A program made the translations under genes and the position numbers. From Rubripirellula sp. (GTDB lineage Bacteria > Planctomycetota > Planctomycetia > Pirellulales > Pirellulaceae), in the NCBI GenBank assembly GCA_965216875.1, contig OZ244207.1, forward strand, positions 3,168,001 to 3,232,000: a DNA stretch of 64,000 nucleotides, read 5' to 3'. Shown in pieces: positions 9,690-18,135 of the stretch (positions are counted from its first letter, which is position 1; each line of letters starts with the position of its first letter). The notes under the pieces are model-generated. The model saw only the letters and a program-made list of their open reading frames with translations, ran no database searches and was not told where the DNA came from.

Positions 9690-10511
9690 ATGAGAACGAT
9701 TCTGCCCTTCTGTTGTCTCGCCTTGGCATGGGCATTGACCTGCCAAAACAGGTCGCACGGCGGTTCGCCCGTTTACGTCGGGACGAAAGCATCAGCCGAC
9801 ATCTCGATGGACTCCGTTGATCATTCGCTATGGAACCAACTTCTCACCAAATATGTCGATGGCGAGGGGATGGTCGACTATCGATCTTGGAGAGCAAATC
9901 GCCAGGACATCATGTTGCTGGATCAGTATTTGCAAACGCTTTCCAGCGCCAGCGAACGTGTTCATGCGACCAAGCAAGCGAAGCTTGCTTTCTGGATCAA
10001 CGCCTACAACGCAGCGACAATTCGAGGCATCTTGCGTGAGTATCCGACGACGAGCATTCGCAATCACACCGCGCGCCTGTTTGGATACAACATTTGGAAG
10101 GACCTCAAACTCTATGTCGGCGGAACCCCGATTTCGTTGCACGACATTGAACACGAACGGTTGCGGACCATGTCGGAACCGCGTATTCATTTCGCCATCG
10201 TCTGTGCATCCATCAGTTGCCCTCGATTGCTGAACGAGGCCTACTTGCCCGATCGGGTGGACCAGCAGCTTGAATCGAACGCAAAAGACTTCTTCTCGCG
10301 CCAACGCAATTTTCGATTCGACCGATCGCAGCAACGCTTTGAACTCTCATCGATCTTGAAATGGTTCGCCGAAGATTTCGGTTCAAACCAATCAGCCCAG
10401 CTCAAACGCATTGCGGATTGGCTGCCTTCGAAAGAGTCACAACGGATCGCGAGCCTAGGCAAAGGGAACATCACCTATCTCGACTACGACTGGGGATTGA
10501 ACAGCCAGTGA
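9690..10511 (+). CDS. DUF547 domain exported protein
   Basis: Signal-peptide-like start (MRTILPFCCLALAW), G.VDY, LAFWINAYNA, EPRIHFAIVCASISCP, LSSILKWFAEDF and YDWGLN. Confidence 0.9.
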   Translation: MRTILPFCCLALAWALTCQNRSHGGSPVYVGTKASADISMDSVDHSLWNQLLTKYVDGEGMVDYRSWRANRQDIMLLDQYLQTLSSASERVHATKQAKLAFWINAYNAATIRGILREYPTTSIRNHTARLFGYNIWKDLKLYVGGTPISLHDIEHERLRTMSEPRIHFAIVCASISCPRLLNEAYLPDRVDQQLESNAKDFFSRQRNFRFDRSQQRFELSSILKWFAEDFGSNQSAQLKRIADWLPSKESQRIASLGKGNITYLDYDWGLNSQ

Positions 10512-10673
10512 GAGTGGGGTAACGAGGTATCGTGAGCCGCACGCGCTAGCGTCGGGCCTTTCAGGTTGGACGTGTTGAAGCCCTGGTGAACGTGAAGCTG
10601 TATGCGTGTCATGCGAAGCATGACCTACGAAGACGTCCGGGTGTGCGTTACCACGCAGAGCGGGGTAACGAGG
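10511..10673. repeat. Intergenic REP cluster (family B copy plus CGTTACC-ACGCAGAGCG-GGGTAACGAG-type palindrome)
   Basis: AGAGTGGGGTAACGAGG at 10511-10527 matches the 3' end of CGTTACCACGCAGAGCGGGGTAACGAGG at 10646-10673. A family B copy lies at 10531-10559. The cluster sits between convergent genes. Confidence 0.7.
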
Positions 10674-10752
10674 AGGGAGGAGGAGGTTTTATTGTCAGCC
10701 TGTAACCGGCGCGAGAGACGCCGGTGTTTGAGAATCAATAGGCGATCGGTAC

Positions 10753-12531
10753 CTACCGCATTGCGAGCTGTTCAGGCTTTGCCTGTTCCGCTGCGCGTTT
10801 CTGCCGGGCCTCTTCCTGGACCTTGATGGTCAAATTGCGGATTCGGTCGGCTGCGGTCGGTGACACTTTTCGCAGGACACGCTGGGCTCGAACCAAGAAC
10901 TTCAAGCTCGAGGGCGGATTTGCCTCCAGCGCTGAAGCCCATCCTTCGGCCATCGCAGCGATGAGTTCGCTTTGCCGGACTCCGGCAATGGCATGAAGCT
11001 GAACGCAATCGCTGTTTGCAACCACGAACAAAGGTCTTGCCGAACCACGCGCTTCAAACGGAGGCTGCTTGGTGAGCTGGCTAAGCGCCGGACCTTCCTT
11101 CAGCGGCATGATGACCACCACGTATTCTTCCATCAGCAACTGAAGTGTTGGATCGAGCGTCGGTGGCTGCCACGTCGTTCCTTCGTGCAGCACGAAGAGA
11201 ATCGGTCGGCCAGCATGCTTCGCCATGGCAAGTCGATTCTTGGCTTGGATCAATCGCGGCCCCGCCTTACTCACCTTTTGGCCCAAAATATCCTCGAAGA
11301 TCTCTTCATAGACGAGCTTGAGGTGCGGCAGCGGCTGGTTCATCAACAGTTCGTGGACGCGTTTGTCTTGGCCACTGGCCGGATTCCAACTCGCTTGTTG
11401 ATGCGCCCAAGCGATGTGGTTCATCCGAGCCGACTGAGATGTCTTTGCCGTTGCGATGCCGTACATATCCAGCGCCCAATGCGCTTCGCTAAGCAACACC
11501 TCTGCCGAAACGGGTCCCGTTACCGAATGAATGACGTGACCATCCGGCGTTAAAAAGTGGCTCGCAACGTTGCCACCATTCTTTTGAATTTTGCCGCCTA
11601 CCGAGACAGCACGAAAATCACCAACTTGTTGAAACGCACAAACGAATTCGTCGGCAAACACTTCACCAACGATGGGGTCGGACAGGGCACCCACCCTGTA
11701 TTTTGATGCGTTGTTTCACGTAAACCCAGGGATCTCAAAGTTGCCTGACACATGAATCAGAAAGACAAGCTTGTCCTTCTCTTTGGCCAACCGATAGGCC
11801 GCGGCCGGTGAATCCGCCCATTCCAGCGCGGTCCCATGAGCTTCCATGGCAACGCACGTCGACTCGTCCTGCTTGGTATGCAAAACCGACGCGTTGGGTT
11901 TGGCCAGAGACATGATCGACTCAAATCGACCAGGCTTGGTCGCAACGGCCAAAGGATTCTGAGCTGGCGCTAGCGATACTGTTTTCACCTCGACCGTTTT
12001 CGCCTTGGGACGGGCGTCAGCCAATTGCGACGCGATCGGTGCTTGTTCCTCGACCGGCAAAGACGGCTCGGCAATCTTTGGCTCACGTGGTTGTTCTGCC
12101 GATTTCGATTCGGTAGGCACCGCCGCGGCCACTTCGGCGGGACGTTGCTGCAGCGACTGCGATACCGCGACCTGAGGTGCCGGTTCGCTAATCACTTCCT
12201 CGCCGCCAAAATCAAACGTTATGGCGCCGCGCGAGGGAATCAAGACAGGTTCATTTGCCGCGATGGCATCCAAAAACCTACCGGCGGAACGAAGTTCATG
12301 ATCCGCGACATAGCTCGATGGAGCGTCGCTGGATGGCAATCCAAGTTTGCCGCAAATAAACCCCAGAGCAAGGAACGTCCCAGCAACAACGACGTAGGTC
12401 GCAGTCATCCGAGATTGTTCGGAGGTCAGGTCAATGGTTTCCTCGTCGAACTCGTCGGCTCGCGGGGGCGGCACGACGGGTGGCGGGGAAACGGCCGGTG
12501 CGCCGATTGGCGGAGGCGAATGTTGGTGCAT
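10753..12531 (-). CDS. Putative membrane-anchored thioredoxin-fold (SelN-like) selenoprotein, 592 aa if TGA 11718-11716 is read as Sec (otherwise two ORFs, 11716-12531 and 10753-11694)
   Basis: Both ORFs are in the same frame, separated only by TGA plus 7 sense codons: ...AYRLAKEKDKLVFLIHVSGNFEIPGFT-[TGA]-NNASKYR-VGALSDPIVGEVFADEFV... The first ORF stops in mid Trx-like fold. N-terminal TM helix and Pro/Ala-rich linker. Confidence 0.75.
11667..11718 (-). promoter_or_regulatory. Candidate bacterial SECIS hairpin immediately 3' of the in-frame UGA
   Basis: mRNA reads UGA AA CAACG CAUCAAAAU ACAGGGU-GGGU-GCCCUGU CCGACCCCAU CGUUG. This gives a 7-bp upper stem, a G-starting tetraloop 24 nt after the UGA, and a 5-bp lower stem (CAACG/CGUUG). 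Confidence 0.6.
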
Positions 12532-12696
12532 ATTGTCGCCCAGTTAGGGGAAGAGAAGAAAAGTCCTAGGCACCAGGATTGATCATACCACCCAACGGCG
12601 GCAAAAGTCAAAAGAGACCCGAACACTGGCCGCACGCCCATCCAACGGATGGCACTTTTCGTGGGGAGTGCGTGGAATTTTCGGGCTAAAAGCGTC

Positions 12697-12815
12697 GTTG
12701 CTACCTTCGCCAGAAGGTGGTCTCTTGCAGCTCCACGCTCTGGCGAGCGTTAGCTACCGGGGAAGCGCAACTAGTGGGAAGTGGTAGGGCCCGACGCTAG
12801 CGCGTGCGGCTCACG
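12697..12815. repeat. REP family A inverted pair plus a family B copy
   Basis: GTTGCTACCTTCGCCAGAAGGTGG (12697-12720), CCACGCTCTGGCGAGCGTTAGCTAC (12733-12757) and GGCCCGACGCTAGCGCGTGCGGCTCACG (12788-12815). Confidence 0.85.
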
Positions 12816-12841
12816 GGCAAGGAATTCAAACCGCGATTTCC

Positions 12842-13702
12842 CTAGGCAGGGGCACCGAGCAGATGCTCAGCTGCTTCGCACTTGTTGAGTACGTAATAGT
12901 GGATACCGGGAACACCTTTTTCCAACAGGTCTTCCTTCTGCTGGCGTGCATGCTCGAGCCCAACCTTGAATTGATCGGTCGCTTCGGCGCTCGCATTCAT
13001 CGCGTCCGCTAGCGTCTCGGGGATGCTCGCCTTGCACATCGAAGCAATGCGTTGAGCTTGCTTGAAGTTCGTCACTGGCAAGAGTCCAGGAACAATCGGC
13101 ACGCGGATTCCGATCGCGTCGCATTTGTCACGAAAACGATAGAAATCGTCGTTGTCGTAGAAGAGCTGGGTGATGACCACATCGGCTCCCGCGTCGACCT
13201 TGCGTTTCAAGTTCTCGAGGTCAGTTTGAGCGTCGACGGCTTCTTGGTGCACTTCGGGATAGCCAGCGACCGCGATTCCAAAATCGTCGAACTTGGCTTG
13301 AATCAGCTCAACCAACTCGTTGGCATAGCGCAATCCACCCTCGACCGCCTCGAATTGATCGCTTCCTTTCGGTGGGTCACCTCGCAAGGCAACGATGTAG
13401 TCCGTACCGATACTCTTCGCATCGCGAAGGTATTGCTCGAGCTGCTCGGTGGTGCGACCGACACAAGTAAGGTGCGAAGCGACGGGCAGATCCGTGATCT
13501 CCTTGATTCGCTTGAGCACCTTGAGTGTGGTTTCCTGAGACGATCCACCCGCACCGTAGGTACAGGTGAAGTAGCTCGGATCGAAGTCAATCAACCGCTT
13601 GACGGTTTCCAAAAGCGACTCGAGCCCCGCTTCCGTTTTTGGCGGAAACAGTTCAAAGGAAATGGCGCATCGCTCGTTTGCGTAGTGGGACGCGAGACTC
13701 AT
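12842..13702 (-). CDS. metF: 5,10-methylenetetrahydrofolate reductase
   Basis: ISFELFPPKT, TYGAGGS, SHLTC, VALRGDPP, VAGYPEVH, KVDAGAD, ITQLFYD and IHYYVLN. Confidence 0.95.
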   Translation of the reverse strand: MSLASHYANERCAISFELFPPKTEAGLESLLETVKRLIDFDPSYFTCTYGAGGSSQETTLKVLKRIKEITDLPVASHLTCVGRTTEQLEQYLRDAKSIGTDYIVALRGDPPKGSDQFEAVEGGLRYANELVELIQAKFDDFGIAVAGYPEVHQEAVDAQTDLENLKRKVDAGADVVITQLFYDNDDFYRFRDKCDAIGIRVPIVPGLLPVTNFKQAQRIASMCKASIPETLADAMNASAEATDQFKVGLEHARQQKEDLLEKGVPGIHYYVLNKCEAAEHLLGAPA

Positions 13703-13773
13703 ACAAAGTGGGCCTGATCGTTGTCGTTAAAAGCTAGTGGCGTAGAGGCCTAACCGAACCAAAGAGTTCACAT

Positions 13774-14610
13774 TCACGGAGTCGTTGGTTTTGATGCACC
13801 GGGCCAAAGCTTGGCATCGGCGTTGCCGCTGAGTACCACACCTTTCTTATTCCAGTCCAAGTAGGCCAACACGTCCGCTGGACAATATCGCAACGTCAAA
13901 CCGCATCGACGTCGATCGGAATCATTCGGGGCCGACCCGTGCAACAACAGATCGCTGTGAATGGAAATCTGTCCGGCCTTGAGAGGCGTCAATTGTTCGC
14001 GACCGTATTGCTCAGGATTCTTGACCGATTGGTCAAGCACATTGTCGGAGTCGTCGCCACTGGCATCAAAGTCGATCAAACCATAGGTGTGCGACCCGGC
14101 AAAAACTTCCATGCAGCCGTTGGCTTTGTCCGCATCATCGATCGCCAACCAAACGGTCACTGCTTTGGTGGGAGTCAGCGGCCAGTAGCTGCAGTCCTGA
14201 TGCCAATCAACACTCTTGCCGTCGCCAGGTAATTTGCAAAAGAAGTGGCTGCCCCATCCGACGACGTCTTCGCCAAGGAGATCAGCGACATAGTTGACGA
14301 TCTTCTCGTTCGACAAAATGTCCCAAACGCGTGCGTGCTTGAGGTGAGCGCTGCTGATCGAGTAGCTGTCCTTTCCTTCGGCCAACGCGTCGGCAAGCAG
14401 CTGATCAAAGTAACCGCGGATGTCGACGATCTCGGCATCGTCGTAAACATCAAGCGGCCCCAAGTACCCGTCATCATTCCATCGCTGGATGTCGCTCTCG
14501 GCAAGCACCTTGGGCGAATCGTTCGAGGTGGGATAGAAGCGGATATCGCGTTCGACCGAATTGATCGATTCGCGGTCTGGGATGATGGCAAAGTCAGTTT
14601 GCTGATTCAC
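13774..14610 (-). CDS. Phytanoyl-CoA dioxygenase (PhyH) family Fe(II)/2-oxoglutarate dioxygenase
   Basis: FFCK, WHQD, VWLAIDDA...NGCM...GSH, and LLHGSAPN.SDRRRCG (HxD...H facial triad plus 2OG-binding Arg). Confidence 0.9.
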   Translation of the reverse strand: MNQQTDFAIIPDRESINSVERDIRFYPTSNDSPKVLAESDIQRWNDDGYLGPLDVYDDAEIVDIRGYFDQLLADALAEGKDSYSISSAHLKHARVWDILSNEKIVNYVADLLGEDVVGWGSHFFCKLPGDGKSVDWHQDCSYWPLTPTKAVTVWLAIDDADKANGCMEVFAGSHTYGLIDFDASGDDSDNVLDQSVKNPEQYGREQLTPLKAGQISIHSDLLLHGSAPNDSDRRRCGLTLRYCPADVLAYLDWNKKGVVLSGNADAKLWPGASKPTTP

Positions 14611-14981
14611 GGCAATTTCTGCTGAAACTTGGGCTCTCGAGCAACATCCGAGAGACCCTCTCGAATGCCGTTGGGCTCGATAATAGCACGCCGAGGAGGC
14701 TTCTTCCTAGGACGCTAGTTCTGCAGGTTTGAATTGTGATTCTGCCAAAACGAATTCCGATCCCAAGTTCACTCCGATGAGCCGCGGCTCGCTTATTCGG
14801 CCTGGACTTGGAAGCCATTGCGCGTGGGGCAAACCATTGCGCGTGGGCAAGGTCCCAAAACCTCAGGGGGCCAGATGAGGCTGGGGCCCGAGGCCGAGGC
14901 CGATTGCCCTTGCGTGAAACTGGACGTTTTTCGTATTCAACGATCGTGTTTGCCTGAAATCGCGAATGGGAGGGCGGTCGT

Positions 14982-15494
14982 TTGGATACCCCGATTGAGT
15001 TGCTCGACAGCGAAACGGTCGCGGACCAGAGGGAAGCCCTGCATGCGATCGTCGCCGCTGACGCTGTCGTTACTGGGCACGCCGCACGGATTGTCCAGCT
15101 GGCGGGAAGCCGAGACGACAACGTTCGCATGTATGCTGCCCAAGCCCTTGAAGCGAAGGTGGTTGCAACCTGTGACGAAATCGAGACGCTCGCCGGACTC
15201 CTTGATGATGGCGAGGACGGTGAGACTTGTTACTGGGCTGCAACGATGATCGGCCGGGTCGGAAGCGCGCGCGACATCGGTGATCGAATCGACGGCGTCA
15301 TCGATGCCCTGCAGCAATGTATCGGCGATTCGATGTACCTACCCGCTCGTGAACAAGCCACGTGGGCCGTCGCACAGATCGGACCTCCGGCACAAGCCGC
15401 CGTGCCGACCCTACGCGAAACGGCTCAAACCGCACCGCCAAGATTACAGCAGATGGCCCGCCAAGCATTAGAAGTGATTGGCGACCCGAACTAA
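14982..15494 (+). CDS. HEAT/PBS-lyase-like repeat protein
   Basis: Helical repeats: DDNVRMYAAQAL, TCYWAATMIGRVG, AREQATWAVAQIGPPAQAAVPTL and LQQMARQAL. Confidence 0.7.
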   Translation: MDTPIELLDSETVADQREALHAIVAADAVVTGHAARIVQLAGSRDDNVRMYAAQALEAKVVATCDEIETLAGLLDDGEDGETCYWAATMIGRVGSARDIGDRIDGVIDALQQCIGDSMYLPAREQATWAVAQIGPPAQAAVPTLRETAQTAPPRLQQMARQALEVIGDPN

Positions 15495-15595
15495 GACAAC
15501 GAAGCCGAAACGATCAACCGCAAGAATGCGGTTATCGACAAAGCGGCACTTTACTGAAAGAACACGATCGACATCGCCGAGGCAAGGAGGCTGAG

Positions 15596-16699
15596 GTGGG
15601 ACTTATCTTCGGCCGACGCCGACGCTCGTCACGCAAAAAGTCGGTCACCAGCAACATTCCGTTTCTAAAATTCCTCGGTCCCGGCAGCACGCTTGCCGGA
15701 ATCGTCGCGACCGTCTTTTGCGCCATGACAGGGCGCATCGACTTGTCCTCGCTCGACCAAATCATCGGATCGGGGACCGGCGACGATACGCAGCAAATCC
15801 AAGCGATCGAGATTCACCAACTCGGTGACAAGTCGCCCGATACCGTGAGGGTGGCAACTTTCAACATCCAACACTTTGGCGACTCCAAGTCGTCTAAACC
15901 GGAACTGTTGGCGGCCATCGCCAAAGTGATTTCTCGGTTTGATGTCGTCGCCATCCAAGAAGTGCACGGTGACGACGCGGCTGCGATTCGCCGACTGGTC
16001 AATCTGTTGAACGCTTCCGGCGGTCGATACACGGCGACGGTCAGCGTTCCGATCGGACGCCCCAATTCCGAAGGCAAGCGAGGCTACACCGAAGCGTATG
16101 CGTTCGTGTGGGATGAATCGAGAATCCAAATCACACAGCCGGCCTACGTCGTGCACGACCCCGATGACCGCATGTTCCGCGAACCGATGGTCGCCTCGTT
16201 CCAAGTCCAAACGGGAGCTGCCGACGGACGTGTCCCGTTTCGGTTCACGCTCATCAACGCCCACACTTCGCCCAAGGAAGTCGCCGCGGGTGCGGTGGGC
16301 AACGAAATGAATGTGCTCGACGACGTTTTTGTGAGCGTCCGACAATACGAATACGATGCCAACCGAGAAGAGGACTTTATCCTGCTCGGTGACTTGAACG
16401 TGGACACCAAGGGCTTGCGAGAACTGGGACAAATTCCAGGCGTGGTGACCGTTGCGGGCGACATGAAAACAAACACGCGGTTGACCAAGACTTACGACCA
16501 CATCCTGATCGACCGACGTATGACTCGCGAATACACGGGTCGATGCGGTGTGATCGATCTGCAAAAGGAATTCGGGATCAGCGAGGAAGAAGCGATCCAA
16601 ATCAGCGATCACCTGCCGCTGTGGGCAGAATTCTCGGCCTATGAGATGCCGCGGTTCAACGAAGTCGCAGCCGGGCAGGGCAGTGCGACGCAGCGTTAG
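15596..16699 (+). CDS. Endonuclease/exonuclease/phosphatase family, DNase I-like, with N-terminal membrane anchor
   Basis: ATFNIQHFG, FDVVAIQEV, EAYAFVW, MFREPM, NAHTSP, LLGDLN, YDHI and ISDHLP. GTG at 15596 is preceded by AAGGAGG. Confidence 0.88.
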   Translation: MGLIFGRRRRSSRKKSVTSNIPFLKFLGPGSTLAGIVATVFCAMTGRIDLSSLDQIIGSGTGDDTQQIQAIEIHQLGDKSPDTVRVATFNIQHFGDSKSSKPELLAAIAKVISRFDVVAIQEVHGDDAAAIRRLVNLLNASGGRYTATVSVPIGRPNSEGKRGYTEAYAFVWDESRIQITQPAYVVHDPDDRMFREPMVASFQVQTGAADGRVPFRFTLINAHTSPKEVAAGAVGNEMNVLDDVFVSVRQYEYDANREEDFILLGDLNVDTKGLRELGQIPGVVTVAGDMKTNTRLTKTYDHILIDRRMTREYTGRCGVIDLQKEFGISEEEAIQISDHLPLWAEFSAYEMPRFNEVAAGQGSATQR

Positions 16700-16710
16700 A
16701 GCTGTGGGTT

Positions 16711-16843
16711 GCAATTGCGCGTGTGATAACACTCTCCTTGGGAGAGTCGGGCTCTAAGGCCCGGAGAGGGTCTGATTTGTAACGATCATTCCCTCCCCGG
16801 ACTTTAGCGTCCGACCCTCCCGCAAGCGGGAGGGTGATTGTTG
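16711..16843. repeat. Composite palindromic intergenic repeat, copy 2 (inverted relative to 2629-2759)
   Basis: The reverse complement aligns across about 130 bp with 2629-2759, differing mainly in the central spacer. A further palindrome CTTTCGC-GGA-GCGAAAG follows at about 16917-16933. Confidence 0.9.
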
Positions 16844-16939
16844 GAGCGCACGTTAACCAACCTCATGGCTCGGGGTACTACGAAACGCACGCGATCGCGG
16901 CTGAGGATTCTGGCTACTTTCGCGGAGCGAAAGGCGATG

Positions 16940-17926
16940 CTAGGCGGCGCGTCGTTTCTCGAGACGCTTTTGCACCTTGGGTGGTGGCTGGCGCCAGCGT
17001 CGGTGCAGCCACCAATACTGTTCGACCGACTCTTCAATCGCTTCGCCAAGTTTTTCGTTGTACCACTCGGTCATGGTTGTCACTGACGAACTCTCGGCCG
17101 AATCATCCCGGGGGTCGATGTCGCCAAAACAAGCCAGCTCGAACTGCATCGGTTGACGATTGATTCGCCGCGTGCCCACAACAAGCATCGGCGCGTCACT
17201 ACTTAACGAGAACAGGGCAAGTGCCTTGTGACATGACGCTGGGACACCCATGAAATCGACCCAACACCCCTTCGGGCCAGCGTGTTGGTCGGCGAGCAGC
17301 GAGAGGATGCCACCCTCCTGCAGGTGCTGGTCCACCTCGGTCGCACATCCATCCTTGTCGACCATGTATTGGCCTTTGGCTCCACGAAACCGCTCCACCC
17401 AATCATGCAGGTAGCGATTGTCGAGCCGCCGTGCGATCGTCAGGGTCGAAAGGCCCATCAACCCCGAGACATAGCCGCCAACTTCGAAATTTCCGAAATG
17501 GCCCGTGACCATCACCGTGGGGCGTTGGCTGAGGGCGTATTCGAGCATTTTGCGGTTGTCGCGGAACCGCACGTGCTCGGCCCAATTGGTTCGATGCAGC
17601 CGACGCTGGGCCCAGGCGATCTCGCAGACCATCAGCAACAGGTGATGCCACATCTGGAATTCGAGCTCACTCCGCCGCTGGGGGGTCATGTGGGGAAAGA
17701 CCTGCGAGAGGTTGTCGTGGGTGATTCTGCGACGAATCCCCAGCCCCGAAGTGACCACTCTTGCAAGGCCGCGGCAGATCGAATCGCCCATATCGACCGG
17801 CAGGGTTTGGACGGTTGCGACCAGCAGCCGCACGAGTCCATAGCCAATCGCCTCGCCCAGTCGGGAGAAAAGTGGCCTGAGCACTTTGTTTTTGAATCGT
17901 TTCGCTCGTTGGGTGATCGCGTTCAC
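16940..17926 (-). CDS. Lipid A acyltransferase / lysophospholipid acyltransferase (LpxL/HtrB family)
   Basis: TGHFGNFE (H-x4-E), RRLDN, LLADQHAG, VDFMG and EQYWWLHRRW. The start is uncertain (GTG 17926 or ATG 17968). Confidence 0.88.
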   Translation of the reverse strand: MNAITQRAKRFKNKVLRPLFSRLGEAIGYGLVRLLVATVQTLPVDMGDSICRGLARVVTSGLGIRRRITHDNLSQVFPHMTPQRRSELEFQMWHHLLLMVCEIAWAQRRLHRTNWAEHVRFRDNRKMLEYALSQRPTVMVTGHFGNFEVGGYVSGLMGLSTLTIARRLDNRYLHDWVERFRGAKGQYMVDKDGCATEVDQHLQEGGILSLLADQHAGPKGCWVDFMGVPASCHKALALFSLSSDAPMLVVGTRRINRQPMQFELACFGDIDPRDDSAESSSVTTMTEWYNEKLGEAIEESVEQYWWLHRRWRQPPPKVQKRLEKRRAA

Positions 17927-18135
17927 AGCTTCCCTGCTTGAAATCCGCGTCAAATCGACGGCCATCATTGTCGCCCAAGGGTGCCGCGAGACGCCAGACA
18001 GATTCGACGCCTTGTGAGATTTGCTGGCAGAGACGACCATTGTGGGGCGCACCGCCAAACACCCTCAACGAGCCCACTCTTCCAGCCGGGGAGTGAAGCC
18101 GCCAGCTGAGAAGCGAAGTACCCGATAGAAACGCA

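Noticed and set aside
13774..14610. Fe/2OG halogenase (SyrB2-like)
   Set aside because: It retains the HQD carboxylate ligand, whereas halogenases have Ala or Gly there. No NRPS context.
14611..14800. SAM riboswitch upstream of phyH-metF
   Set aside because: No recognisable SAM-I or SAM-II consensus by eye.
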